From Halanaerobiales bacterium (GTDB lineage: Bacteria > Bacillota > Halanaerobiia > Halanaerobiales > M55B127): a stretch of 64,000 nt of DNA. A program made the position numbers and the translations under genes. Under the pieces are notes generated by a model, which saw only the letters and a list, made by a program, of their open reading frames with translations, was not told where the DNA came from and ran no database searches. Shown piece by piece: positions 1 to 10,097 of this stretch (its first letter is position 1; every line of letters begins with the position of its first letter). The stretch covers positions 6,056 to 70,055 of the forward strand of contig JAGXLU010000006.1 in NCBI GenBank assembly GCA_018334565.1. The letters run 5' to 3'.

Positions 1-668
1 ATCATCATCTCTTCTTCTTTTTTAAGAATCCCTTTTATTTGAGTTAAATTACTACGACAGGTTCTATAATCTAAATAATAAGGAGTATGTAAAGAATTTG
101 TTGGACAGTTATCCATACATTGAGTACAATCTTCACAATTATTTTTAGATTTTTCATTATAAACAAGCTTCTTATTAATAAAAATCTCCCCTAAAAAAAT
201 ATAGGAGCCGAAGTTTTCATTAATAAGGAGCGTATTTTTACCAATCCATCCCAGTCCAGCCTGTTGAGCCAGAACTTTTTCCAAAACGGGACCATTATCT
301 ATATAATAACTATATTTAATGTCTTTATATATTTTTTTTAAATATTTCAGACCCTCTTGAATCATTTCTGCCATGACTTTATGATAATCTCTTCCACGAG
401 TATAACTGGAGATGAAGCCTCTTGTATCATTGTTTTGACTGCTGGCATAGGATAATCCCACAACTATAACTGTCTCCAACCATGGATGCAACTTTTTAGG
501 ATGTAAAACACTATTTAAATCACTATGCATAAAGGGTGGAAGATCATCTCTTGAGGCTCTTTTTTTGAAATTTTCAGTTAATTTATTGTCTAAGTAAGGT
601 TTGCTAAAACCTATCAAGTCAAATCCTAGCTCCTTAAACTTTATTTTTATCTGAGCACTTTTAGACAT
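1..668 (-). CDS. queG: tRNA epoxyqueuosine(34) reductase QueG, N-terminal part (C-terminus runs off the window start)
   Basis: My own minus-strand translation from the ATG at 668 reads MSKSAQIKIKFKELGFDLIGFSKPYL...YTRGRDYHKVM...GLGWIGKNTLLI...CEDCTQCMDNCPT. This is the QueG family core with the 4Fe-4S Cys motif. It is absent from the ORF track because the frame is open at the window edge. Confidence 0.85.
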   Translation of the reverse strand, partial: MSKSAQIKIKFKELGFDLIGFSKPYLDNKLTENFKKRASRDDLPPFMHSDLNSVLHPKKLHPWLETVIVVGLSYASSQNNDTRGFISSYTRGRDYHKVMAEMIQEGLKYLKKIYKDIKYSYYIDNGPVLEKVLAQQAGLGWIGKNTLLINENFGSYIFLGEIFINKKLVYNEKSKNNCEDCTQCMDNCPTNSLHTPYYLDYRTCRSNLTQIKGILKKEEEMM

Positions 669-696
669 AAAACCACTTCTTTTTTATAATTAATTT

Positions 697-724
697 AAAA
701 AGAGGCCCAAAAACTTGGACCTCT
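697..724 (-). terminator. Intrinsic terminator after the NSS transporter and small-subunit unit
   Basis: The minus-strand hairpin AGAGGTCCAA-GTTT-TTGGGCCTCT (10 bp, one G.U pair) begins 10 nt after the small-ORF stop and is followed by TTTTAAATT. Confidence 0.7.
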
Positions 725-734
725 ATATAATAAG

Positions 735-842
735 TTAGTCTTCTTTTTTTCTCGATTTCATGGCCCTTCGTAAAGTAACAAAAAGCCCTCCATATAAAAC
801 AACACAAGCAAAAATCAACATTACTATAGCAGATCCACTCAT
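735..842 (-). CDS. metS: 35-aa single-TM protein, MetS-like small subunit of an NSS (Met/Ala-type) importer
   Basis: My own translation from ATG 842 to TAA 735-737 gives MSGSAIVMLIFACVVLYGGLFVTLRRAMKSRKKED. An AAGGGAG ribosome-binding site sits 7 nt upstream. The ORF lies 39 nt downstream of the transporter stop and is below the 60-aa cut-off of the ORF track. Confidence 0.65.
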   Translation of the reverse strand: MSGSAIVMLIFACVVLYGGLFVTLRRAMKSRKKED

Positions 843-881
843 TATATTACTCCCTTCTAAATACTTTACTTTTTAATCGTT

Positions 882-2360
882 TTAATCTTCAATACCTTTT
901 TGACGGGATATTATATATGAAGCAACAGCTAAAAAGCCTACTACTCCAATCCAGCCTCCGTAGACTAGATATTTTAATTCATAACCGCCATATTGAGTTC
1001 CAATATCTGTAATAAATGCATTTACTAACAATACAGCAAGTACAATCGGGATTATAAATTTAATCATTACATTCCACCAATTGCCGAATTGATATTCAGA
1101 AACCGAATTGAAATAACTTCGTAATTCATCCGGTTCGTAAAACCAACCTATAATAACTGCTTCAGCCAAGCCTGCTACGACAAGTCCATAAGTATTAACA
1201 TAATGATCTACAATGTCCAGCCAATATAACCCACCTTTTGTAGCAAATAATAAACCAACTACAAAAAGGAAGATACTATAATAGAGAGTAACTTTCTTTT
1301 TACTTCCTCCCCATTTATCTTTTAGGCCCGCCACACCAGCTTCAACAATTGAGAAAGCTGAATCTATACCTAAAGAAAGTAACATGGCGAAAAATACAAA
1401 ACCGAAAAATCCAATGACAAATGAACCACCTGGCAAGAGAGAAATCGCATTTGGATAAACCACAAAAGCCAAACCGACCCCAGCTGCTGCCACCTCAGAA
1501 ATAGGAACTCCCTGAGCCTGAGCCATATAACCCAGTGTGCCAAATACAGCAATACCTGCCATAAAACTAATACCAGAATTCGCAAATACAGTTATTAGAG
1601 CATTATTAATAATATCTGAATCTTCAGGCATATAACTAGCATAAGCAATCATAATACCAAAGCCTAAACTAAGAGTAAAAAATACCTGGGAATAAGCATC
1701 AATCCATACACTGAGATTTGTGAGCATGGCAAAATTAGGTTCTAAGAAATAATTTAACCCTTCGATAGCACCGGGAAGGGTAACGGCTCTAAGCACTAAT
1801 ATAGCCATTAGTAAAACGGGTAAAGGAACTGTTATCAAAACAACTTTACCAACACTTTCAGCACCATTTCTAAGTATAAAATAAATAGCAATCCAGGTAA
1901 TAACTAATCCGATTAAAACCGGAGTTGAAAAACCACCTAGAGTTCCAGGTCCAGAAGAAATCTGGAGAACATTTTCATAAAAATATGCTCCCGCATCCTC
2001 TGCCCAACCTAAGGTAAAGGATCCTGCTAAGTAATCCCAGGCCCAGGCCATTATACCGGCGTAATAACTGGTAATAATTGTTCCTGATAAGACGGCCCAC
2101 CAACCAAATCCTTCAAACTTTCTACCTACTTTAGCTAATGCTCCAGGCGCACCTCTCTGTGTTTTTTGTCCCATTGAAAATTCTAAAACAATAAGTGGTA
2201 TACCTGCTGTTAATAAAGCTACAAAATAAGGGATCAAAAATGCCCCTCCACCATTTGAATAAGCCATATAAGGAAAACGCCAGGCATTACCTAACCCTGC
2301 CGCAGATCCTATGGCTGCGAGAACAAACGCTGCACGATTACTCCATCGATCTCTTTGCAT
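882..2360 (-). CDS. Sodium-dependent transporter, neurotransmitter:sodium symporter (NSS/SNF) family
   Basis: A 492-aa polytopic membrane protein. The N-terminal GLGNAWRFPYMAYSNGGGAFLIPY sequence is the NSS family signature. Confidence 0.9.
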   Translation of the reverse strand: MQRDRWSNRAAFVLAAIGSAAGLGNAWRFPYMAYSNGGGAFLIPYFVALLTAGIPLIVLEFSMGQKTQRGAPGALAKVGRKFEGFGWWAVLSGTIITSYYAGIMAWAWDYLAGSFTLGWAEDAGAYFYENVLQISSGPGTLGGFSTPVLIGLVITWIAIYFILRNGAESVGKVVLITVPLPVLLMAILVLRAVTLPGAIEGLNYFLEPNFAMLTNLSVWIDAYSQVFFTLSLGFGIMIAYASYMPEDSDIINNALITVFANSGISFMAGIAVFGTLGYMAQAQGVPISEVAAAGVGLAFVVYPNAISLLPGGSFVIGFFGFVFFAMLLSLGIDSAFSIVEAGVAGLKDKWGGSKKKVTLYYSIFLFVVGLLFATKGGLYWLDIVDHYVNTYGLVVAGLAEAVIIGWFYEPDELRSYFNSVSEYQFGNWWNVMIKFIIPIVLAVLLVNAFITDIGTQYGGYELKYLVYGGWIGVVGFLAVASYIISRQKGIED

Positions 2361-2480
2361 ATCTACTATCTACTCCTTTCTCCTCTTAACAAATAAATAC
2401 TTTTCCTTCCAATAATAAGATCAACAAGAATTTATACTCAATACTCATTTATCACATCCCTTCACTTATTATTTCTTGTG

Positions 2481-2509
2481 ATTATAACACCAATCATCAA
2501 GTAATTCAA
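2481..2509 (-). promoter_or_regulatory. Sigma-A type promoter for the NSS transporter
   Basis: The minus strand reads TTGAAT-17 nt-TATAAT (-35 at 2504-2509, -10 at 2481-2486). This predicts a leader of about 110 nt. Confidence 0.6.
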
Positions 2510-2522
2510 GAGTTAAATGATT

Positions 2523-3812
2523 TTATTTGCTGATTTTTCTGATGATTATTTGAACTTGCTCCTGGTCTAACAAAAGCTTATTATATTGATCAATAATATC
2601 TTTTAAAGATATACTTTCAATTATATTAATTAAATCAAAATAATTTTGTCCTAAATTTAGGTATTTAATAACCTGAGAAGAAAGTGCTTCCAATGAATTT
2701 AATGATCTGAAATAGCGGCCAATATATTTATGTTTGACAATTTCAAAATCATCTTTATTTATTTTTCTATGCCAGTTATTAATAATATCAACAATACTAT
2801 TGATACTCTGATTGATATGAGATGTCTCACCATATATCTTAACAAATCCAGTATTTTTTTCCTGCAAAAAATTAAATGTAAAATTTTCATCAATTAAATT
2901 TTTATCATACAAACTGTGGTAATTATCATTGCTTTTACCAAATATCATCTCCAAAACCATATTGCTTAACATCTCGTGTCTTACAATCTTTCTTTGATCA
3001 TTAAAACACCGATTCTCTTTAAACCCCAGAGTAATAATTGGACGAGATATACTCATCGCTATTTCATTTTTTTTAATCCTGATTCCGTTTGGCTCTTCTG
3101 GGTATATTTTTTTAAAATCAACATGCTCAGCACCAAAATTAGAAAACTTATCAGTTAACCAATCAAATAATTTTTCATGATTAATATCTCCAATTACAAT
3201 TAAATTCATATTATCTAAATTATAGTATTTATTAAAAAAACCCTCTAAAATTTCTCGATTAATTTTATCTACACTTTGAGAAGTACCTGCAATATTATAT
3301 TTTATCGGGTACTTATAATAAAGCCCCTGCAATAGTTGATGAAAAGACTGCCAACTTGGACTATCCTCATACATTTTTATTTCCTGTTTTATAACAGATT
3401 TTTCATGTTCTATTTTATTTTGATCAAAGTGAGGCTTTAAAACAAATGAAAGCAAGCAATTTAACGATTTATAAAAATTATCTGCAGCATTAAAATAATA
3501 ATTAGTATTATTAAAGCTGGTATAGGCATTTACACTACTGCCCAGTTGAGAAAAATCATCTATAATACTGCCTTCCCTGTTTTCAAATAAGATGTGTTCC
3601 ATAAAGTGGGCAGTACCCGGAGGGAAGCCATATATAATATTGCTATTATCTTTAAGCTTTAAATCAACAGATCCCACATTAACCGATAATACTGCATATT
3701 TTTTATTATAACTAGAGCGAGGGATTAAGATTACTCGTAAACCTGATTTCAAGGTTTTTTCATAGTACATTTCATCTATTTCTTTGAATTTTTTATAGAT
3801 CATGTTGGACAC
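2523..3812 (-). CDS. M16 family zinc peptidase, active-type subunit (YmfH-like)
   Basis: 429 aa with the HFMEH (HxxEH) inverted zinc-binding motif of insulinase/pitrilysin-type peptidases. It overlaps the upstream partner gene by 20 nt. Confidence 0.85.
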   Translation of the reverse strand: MSNMIYKKFKEIDEMYYEKTLKSGLRVILIPRSSYNKKYAVLSVNVGSVDLKLKDNSNIIYGFPPGTAHFMEHILFENREGSIIDDFSQLGSSVNAYTSFNNTNYYFNAADNFYKSLNCLLSFVLKPHFDQNKIEHEKSVIKQEIKMYEDSPSWQSFHQLLQGLYYKYPIKYNIAGTSQSVDKINREILEGFFNKYYNLDNMNLIVIGDINHEKLFDWLTDKFSNFGAEHVDFKKIYPEEPNGIRIKKNEIAMSISRPIITLGFKENRCFNDQRKIVRHEMLSNMVLEMIFGKSNDNYHSLYDKNLIDENFTFNFLQEKNTGFVKIYGETSHINQSINSIVDIINNWHRKINKDDFEIVKHKYIGRYFRSLNSLEALSSQVIKYLNLGQNYFDLINIIESISLKDIIDQYNKLLLDQEQVQIIIRKISK

Positions 3813-5094
3813 TTCCTGGTTTGAGTAAAAAATATGTTGTTAATTTTGCTTTTTGGGCAACCTCAATTATTTCATCCTTTTTTACCTCTGCAATTGAATT
3901 AATTACATAATTTAAACTATCCTGCTTACCATTTATTAAACCAAGTAAAAAAGCATCTACTATACTATGATTATTATCACTTAAATTCTTATATCTATTA
4001 ATAAGTTTCTTTTTTGTCCATCTAATAGAATCATCATCAAATTGACCTCGGCTCATTTCTTTTAACTTTTTTGTTATTATATTTTTTACAATCTGATAAT
4101 CTAACATATCAATACCGGCATTGATTAAGATCAAACCCTTTGTCGATTCCAATCTTGTATTGATATAATATGCCAGCCCCTTTTCTTCGCGAACTTCTGT
4201 GAATAATTTTGAGTGGCTGAAACCTCCCAATATACCATTATATACAATCAATGCAAAATATAGGGGATGTGACCTTGTTACAGGTATCCTGATTCCTGCT
4301 GATAATTTTGTCTGATTTATTCTATCTTCTTCTTCTTTTTCTTTAAATTGGAAACCACCGGTTTTGATCACTGTATTATTTAATGGTAGTAGTTTATTTC
4401 TTTTATATACAAATTTCTTATTAATGTATTGAAAAAAATCTTTTTTTTGTTTTATATCGCCGACAGCAAAAATTTCAATTGGACTTTTTGCAAGAACTTG
4501 CTGATAGTAATTATATAGATTATCACAATTAGCTTTTCTTAAACCTCTGATGGTACCAAGTGGGTAGAGGGAAAATCTTTCCCCTCTACACATCTCCTGA
4601 TAACACCTTTCCATCACATAATTATTTTTATTATTTTTCATGGCTAGAATTTTTTCTTTTAAAAAAGCCTGGCCTTTATTAATATGTGCTTTTTTAAACT
4701 CACCTTCAACTATCAGAGGATTAAAAATTAGCTCATAAAGGAAATCAACTGCAGCTATTTTAAGATCTTCTGGGCCATAATGATATCTGTCATTAATAAT
4801 GTCAATTGAAAATCTCAGTATCTGATTTTCACCACGTCTTGCTACCGAAACATTCAAATCTGCTCCATATAGTTGATCTAATCTACGTGAAATCGCTTGA
4901 TTTGTAGGATATTTCTTACTACCTCGATATAAAATATACGGTATTAAGGCGTTTTTTGATACTGCAGCTTCATCAGACAAAGGCCTTATAATATCAAGAT
5001 GGATATAGTTTGTTTTGAATTTACTGTTATAGTTAATATATAGATCTATTTCATTATCTGTTTTATATTGATAAAATTTACTCGTTTTTAACAT
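3793..5094 (-). CDS. M16 family peptidase-like protein, non-catalytic partner (YmfF-like)
   Basis: 433 aa with an M16-like fold sequence but no HxxEH motif. The pairing and order match the Bacillus ymfF-ymfH arrangement. Confidence 0.75.
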   Translation of the reverse strand: MLKTSKFYQYKTDNEIDLYINYNSKFKTNYIHLDIIRPLSDEAAVSKNALIPYILYRGSKKYPTNQAISRRLDQLYGADLNVSVARRGENQILRFSIDIINDRYHYGPEDLKIAAVDFLYELIFNPLIVEGEFKKAHINKGQAFLKEKILAMKNNKNNYVMERCYQEMCRGERFSLYPLGTIRGLRKANCDNLYNYYQQVLAKSPIEIFAVGDIKQKKDFFQYINKKFVYKRNKLLPLNNTVIKTGGFQFKEKEEEDRINQTKLSAGIRIPVTRSHPLYFALIVYNGILGGFSHSKLFTEVREEKGLAYYINTRLESTKGLILINAGIDMLDYQIVKNIITKKLKEMSRGQFDDDSIRWTKKKLINRYKNLSDNNHSIVDAFLLGLINGKQDSLNYVINSIAEVKKDEIIEVAQKAKLTTYFLLKPGSVQHDL

Positions 5095-5112
5095 TTAATG
5101 ATCCTTTCAAAT

Positions 5113-7887
5113 TTATTGATTCATAGATTGATCAATTTCTTCGTTCATAGAATTTAACTCTTCTAATACCTGTTGTAACTCATCCAATTTGCTGCCATAA
5201 TTTTGCCAATCTCCTGATTTTATATAATTCTGGGCTTCTTGATATATCTCATAAGCTCTGGATATAAGCCCACTTATATCTTCCGGCATGATCTCGCCCA
5301 TTTGAACTTCTGGTGAGGTGACTTCTTTTGGTTCTCTCTCTCCAAATATTTGTTCTAAAGCACCCTCTAGATTAATATCAATTACAATATCTCCACCATA
5401 TCCTAAAACTACTCTTTTTAACTCTGGAAGTTCACTCGTTTCAGCCTGTAGATAGATTGGTTCTATATATAAGATAGATTGTGCTACAGGCAGAACTATT
5501 AAATTACCTCTTATAACTCTTGAGCCTCTCTGCCCCCAAAGTGACAGCAATTGAGAAATCTGTGAATCTTGATCTATTCTCGATTCAATCTGGCTGGGTC
5601 CATAGACTAAAGTGTCTTTAGGAAATTCGTAAAGAACTAATTCACCATAATTCTCCCCATCAGAACGTCCGGCCATCCAGGCAATCATATTATTTTTATT
5701 GGCAGGTGTAAAAGGCATCATTAATAAATACTCAAGATTTTGCAACTTAGTATCAGGTAAACTACTTAATATATAATATGGTTCCATCTTTATTGTACTA
5801 CCGGCATAATTTTCATTAGGTATATTCCATAAATCCTCCTTATTATAAAAAACCTGCGGGTTTTCCATATGATAGATACTATATAATTCAGACTGTATCT
5901 TAAATAAATCCTTAGGATATCTAATGTGACTTCTTAAACTTTCCGGCATCTGGTCACCATCAATAAATATTTCAGGGAATATCTTCTGATAGGTTTGTGC
6001 GATTGGATCCTGTTTATCAATCACATAAAAGTCCATATCTCCATTATAGGCATCAATAACGACCTTAACAGAGTTCCTGATATAATTACCTGTATTACTG
6101 AATGGCTGTGAATAGGGATATCGGTCTGAAGTAGTGTAGGCATCTTGAATCCAAAATAACCTCCCCTGAGAAATTACTAAATAGGGATCACTATCATATG
6201 CTAAAAATGGAGCTACCTTTCGAACTCTTTCTTTTATATTTCTATAGTACATTATCCTACTATCATTATTTATTCCATCATTTAATAAAATCTTTAATTC
6301 ACTATAACGTAAGGCATATACTGCTTTTTTAATAAAACTGCTGATTTCTACTCCGCCTGTACCACTATAATTTATATATACATTTTGATCTCCTTGTGGA
6401 TAATGAAATTCTGTAGCATCGGTATTAACAATCACATAATCATCAGTTATTTCTCCATAATAGATAGAACTATCGTCTAAAACTAAATCACCCTCGATTT
6501 TAGGAGGAATATCTTTTATAAAAAACTCCGGTAAACCCTGCTCGTTAATCCTGTTCACAGGTGACATTGCAACTCCATAACCATGAGTATATTTTAACTT
6601 TCTATTGATCCAGGTTTGAGCTTGACCGGATAAAAGATCTTTATTTAACTCCCTACCTGAAAGCATTACCTGACGGTACTTGCCGTCTATTATATATCTG
6701 TCAACATCTATATTTTGAAATTCATAGTACTGTCTTAATCCCTGTAACTGACTGTATGTTGAAAGTAAAGGTCGGCTGTCCCAAAGTCTTATATTACTTA
6801 TGATTTCATCATTTTCTTCCAAATCTTCTAATGTTAATCCATCCTGTGGCTGAAAGCTCTTTGAGGTTAAATCATTAAGATCATAAGCTTCTAAGGTCAT
6901 ATTAATATTATGACTTATATACTCCCTCTCTCTTTCAATTTCATTTGGTTCAACTTGAAATCTCTGGACAAAACCTGGATAAACCGCTCCGAATACCAAT
7001 GAGGTTACAATCCATATTCCTAAACCCCAGGCCAGTAGTTTATAGTTTTTCCTAAAAAGACTAACTAGCAGGCCAGCAGCAACAGCTATAGCTATAATAA
7101 AAAGTATTCTCAACCCTAACAGATTAGCATTAACATCGGTATAACTCGCTCCAAAGGCTACTCCGCGGGGAGAATAAAGCAGTTCATACATCGCCAAACG
7201 ATAGTCCCAGGCTTTTAGTAATAAAAAGGCTGAGAGAAGCACTGTAATATGACTTTTAGCACGATTGGAAAGTTTAACTTTTACATCAGAAAAGGAACTG
7301 ATCCCGGAAGCTATAAAATATATTATGCCCACCACAATAATCGTTAAGACAATTAAGACCATACCCATTTCCTTTATAAAGCTATAAAAAGGTAAACTGA
7401 ATACATAAAAGGAAATATCCTTGCCAAATATTGGATCTGTGTTACCAAATGGAGTTTGATTAAAGAATTTCAGAACAATTTTCCATAACTCTGAACTAAC
7501 AGAGCTAAATAAAAATCCCAAAATTAAACTTATCAAAATATATATCCAGTTTAGCTTCTTTTTATTCAGCCAGTTTAAAAAACCCTGACTCTCCTCTTTA
7601 AAAAGTGTTTCCACATTTTCACTTTCAATAGACTCTGCTTCAAAGTACTTTATAAATAATTTCTTAGTAAAAAATAAATTAACGAATACAAATACAGCAA
7701 AAATTAACCCAATTAAAATACGCAAACCAAAATTAGAAAAGAACATCAACAAAAAGGCTTTTAAATAACCAAGATGGTTAAACCAAGCCCATTCAGTAAA
7801 AAAGTTGGCCCCCGCAAAAAGAGCAATTAGAGCTATAATAATAATTACAACAACAATTGATAATAGATACCTAAATCTGTTTTTCAA
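5113..7887 (-). CDS. UPF0182 family membrane protein (function unknown)
   Basis: 924 aa, with about 7 N-terminal TM helices and then a large soluble domain. Conserved blocks (YTDVNA, RLWDSRPL, LRQYYEF..DVDRY, GYGVAMSPVN) are typical of UPF0182/COG1615. Confidence 0.8.
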   Translation of the reverse strand: MKNRFRYLLSIVVVIIIIALIALFAGANFFTEWAWFNHLGYLKAFLLMFFSNFGLRILIGLIFAVFVFVNLFFTKKLFIKYFEAESIESENVETLFKEESQGFLNWLNKKKLNWIYILISLILGFLFSSVSSELWKIVLKFFNQTPFGNTDPIFGKDISFYVFSLPFYSFIKEMGMVLIVLTIIVVGIIYFIASGISSFSDVKVKLSNRAKSHITVLLSAFLLLKAWDYRLAMYELLYSPRGVAFGASYTDVNANLLGLRILFIIAIAVAAGLLVSLFRKNYKLLAWGLGIWIVTSLVFGAVYPGFVQRFQVEPNEIEREREYISHNINMTLEAYDLNDLTSKSFQPQDGLTLEDLEENDEIISNIRLWDSRPLLSTYSQLQGLRQYYEFQNIDVDRYIIDGKYRQVMLSGRELNKDLLSGQAQTWINRKLKYTHGYGVAMSPVNRINEQGLPEFFIKDIPPKIEGDLVLDDSSIYYGEITDDYVIVNTDATEFHYPQGDQNVYINYSGTGGVEISSFIKKAVYALRYSELKILLNDGINNDSRIMYYRNIKERVRKVAPFLAYDSDPYLVISQGRLFWIQDAYTTSDRYPYSQPFSNTGNYIRNSVKVVIDAYNGDMDFYVIDKQDPIAQTYQKIFPEIFIDGDQMPESLRSHIRYPKDLFKIQSELYSIYHMENPQVFYNKEDLWNIPNENYAGSTIKMEPYYILSSLPDTKLQNLEYLLMMPFTPANKNNMIAWMAGRSDGENYGELVLYEFPKDTLVYGPSQIESRIDQDSQISQLLSLWGQRGSRVIRGNLIVLPVAQSILYIEPIYLQAETSELPELKRVVLGYGGDIVIDINLEGALEQIFGEREPKEVTSPEVQMGEIMPEDISGLISRAYEIYQEAQNYIKSGDWQNYGSKLDELQQVLEELNSMNEEIDQSMNQ

Positions 7888-7903
7888 AATTTAACACTCC
7901 CCT

Positions 7904-9196
7904 CTAAAAATTTTTATGATATTTCTCTGTCAGCTTTTCAACTTTATGATAAACTTCTTTTTCATCAATCATATTCATTTCCCTATTCTCCATAACAACT
8001 TTACCATTGATAATAACTGTGTCCACATCGCTCCCATTTGACGCATAAAATATATTAGAAAGATGATTATATGAAGGATAATTATGTGCATTGTTTTCAA
8101 TGTTGACTAAAATTATATCAGCCAGATAACCTTGTTTAATTTTGCCTAAATTATCAATACCCAAGTTGCTTGCCCCGCTTAAAGTCAACATCCTTAAAGT
8201 ATCTTCAATCGGAAGTGCCTGGGGATTATTTAAAGCAACCTTCTGTAAATAAGAACCAAGCCTGGCTTCTTCAATAAGATCAAGATTATTATTGCTGGCT
8301 GCTCCATCCGTTCCATAGGAAACATTGATCCCTTTTTTTAATAATTTGTGTATTGGAGCAATTCCACTACCCAATTTCATGTTACTCATCGGATTATATA
8401 CGACACCGACCTTATACTTTTTTAAAATATCTATATCCCTTTCGGTTAAATGAACGCAATGAGGAGCAATGACTTTTGCTTTAAAAAAATCTATTTTCTC
8501 TAATAAACCAACTGTAGTTAAATCATGTTTCCTTTGCATCATATCTACTTCATCTTTCGTTTCACTAATATGAATATTGATCAATAGATTATGCTGGAGG
8601 GCTTTATCTCTAATTAATTTCAGATAATCAGGGCTGCAGGAATAAGCGGAGTGGGGCCCCAAACAGGTTTTTATCCTCCCTTTAGCCTTGTTTTGCCATC
8701 GTAGACAAAAATCAACTGCATCATTGAAACCCTGCTTGCCGTCATTATTCTCAATCAAACCTTCACTCAATACAGCTCTAATCCCTGTTTCTGAAACAGC
8801 TTCAGCAACTTTATCCATCTTAAAATACATGTCAGCAAAGGTAGTTGTACCTGTTCTTACCATCTCTAAAATAGATAATTTGGCTCCCCAGTATATATCC
8901 TTTTTTGTTAGCTTAGCTTCAGCTGGCCAAATTTTCTCTTTTAACCATCTGTCCAGATCATAGTCATCAGCATATCCTCTGAGCAGTGACATTGAACTAT
9001 GGGTATGAGTATTGATCAAACCAGGTAATGCCACCATATCCTTACAATTAATAACTTTATCAAAGTTATTAATTTTTAAAGCATCCTTTTTTACTAAACT
9101 TTCTATTTTATTGCCATCAATAATAATATGCTTGTATTGGTCAAGATCAGCTTCAGAACTATATATTTTTTTTATATCTTTTAACAATATCCTCAT
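7904..9196 (-). CDS. mtaD: 5-methylthioadenosine/S-adenosylhomocysteine deaminase (amidohydrolase superfamily)
   Basis: 430 aa, with the metal-binding motif NTHTHSSMSLLRG and a C-terminal TDGAASNN block typical of the MtaD/SAH deaminase family. Confidence 0.8.
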   Translation of the reverse strand: MRILLKDIKKIYSSEADLDQYKHIIIDGNKIESLVKKDALKINNFDKVINCKDMVALPGLINTHTHSSMSLLRGYADDYDLDRWLKEKIWPAEAKLTKKDIYWGAKLSILEMVRTGTTTFADMYFKMDKVAEAVSETGIRAVLSEGLIENNDGKQGFNDAVDFCLRWQNKAKGRIKTCLGPHSAYSCSPDYLKLIRDKALQHNLLINIHISETKDEVDMMQRKHDLTTVGLLEKIDFFKAKVIAPHCVHLTERDIDILKKYKVGVVYNPMSNMKLGSGIAPIHKLLKKGINVSYGTDGAASNNNLDLIEEARLGSYLQKVALNNPQALPIEDTLRMLTLSGASNLGIDNLGKIKQGYLADIILVNIENNAHNYPSYNHLSNIFYASNGSDVDTVIINGKVVMENREMNMIDEKEVYHKVEKLTEKYHKNF

Positions 9197-9216
9197 AATC
9201 TATCCCCTAATTATCA

Positions 9217-9738
9217 TTATAATTTTTTAAAACCATTTCTAATATAATCTATAGCAGAAATGATATTAATTGGAATTACGATATATAATAATATCATATT
9301 GATAAACTGAAAATTTAATAGATATGCAGCTATAGCCACATACAATATAAATACAGATAATTTGCCTAATAAAGTGGGAGAAAGGAGCTTTTTACCTAAA
9401 GAATACATAATCCCTGAACCAAGAAGAACTAGTAACTCCCTTATTAGTAATGTCACTGATATTACTCTTGGTATAAGATCAGTATAGATTAAAACAGCTA
9501 AAATACTAATCAAAGTTAGCTTATCAGCTAAAGGATCAAGTATCTTACCTAAGTCTGTAACCATATTATATTTTCTAGCCAGATATCCATCTAAAAAATC
9601 TGTTAGCCCTGATAGTGAAAAAAATATACCACTGATAATATATTCTCCCTTTAAGAAAAAATAAAGGTAAACAGGAATTAATAATAATCTGACAATTGTT
9701 AACGTATTAGGATAATTTAACTGCATAAGCCCCTCCAT
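9217..9738 (-). CDS. pgsA: CDP-diacylglycerol--glycerol-3-phosphate 3-phosphatidyltransferase
   Basis: 173 aa and multi-TM. It carries the CDP-alcohol phosphatidyltransferase motif DFLDGYLARK...G.ILDPLADK. Confidence 0.85.
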   Translation of the reverse strand: MEGLMQLNYPNTLTIVRLLLIPVYLYFFLKGEYIISGIFFSLSGLTDFLDGYLARKYNMVTDLGKILDPLADKLTLISILAVLIYTDLIPRVISVTLLIRELLVLLGSGIMYSLGKKLLSPTLLGKLSVFILYVAIAAYLLNFQFINMILLYIVIPINIISAIDYIRNGFKKL

Positions 9739-9746
9739 AAATAAAT

Positions 9747-10052
9747 TTACTGATCTAAGAATATTTCTTTAGATATGAATTCACCATTTTCAATATTTTT
9801 AGAAATAATATTATAATTTTTATCAAATTTAATATCTATCATAATATTATTATAACATTTATCGCAAACAATTACCTTACTAATCTGATATTTAGCTTTT
9901 ATATTTTCTTTGTAGACCCGCTGTATATCATAGCCTTTTCTCAAAACAACCTTCATCTTATTACCACATTTTTCATCCTGTAAATATATATTGACTATTT
10001 TGTTATTAGAAGATGGAGTAAAGTATTTTTTTATCTTATCAAAAAAACTCAT
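9747..10052 (-). CDS. Hypothetical protein (101 aa)
   Basis: An ORF at the head of the pgsA operon, Lys- and Asn-rich, with a CDKC motif. I recognise no family. Confidence 0.45.
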   Translation of the reverse strand: MSFFDKIKKYFTPSSNNKIVNIYLQDEKCGNKMKVVLRKGYDIQRVYKENIKAKYQISKVIVCDKCYNNIMIDIKFDKNYNIISKNIENGEFISKEIFLDQ

Positions 10053-10097
10053 TTGATCGATACCCCCCGAGCTAAACTGAGATTACTTGAGATAAAA

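Noticed and set aside
2361-2480. A leader of about 110 nt for the NSS transporter with crossing AU-rich pairings (AATAATAAG 2411-2419 with CTTATTATT 2465-2473, and ACAAGAA 2424-2430 with TTCTTGT 2473-2479), considered as a possible riboswitch or attenuator
   Set aside because: The stems are almost pure A/U, one arm overlaps the predicted transcription start, and I recognise no riboswitch core or terminator/antiterminator logic. This is likely chance complementarity in AT-rich DNA.
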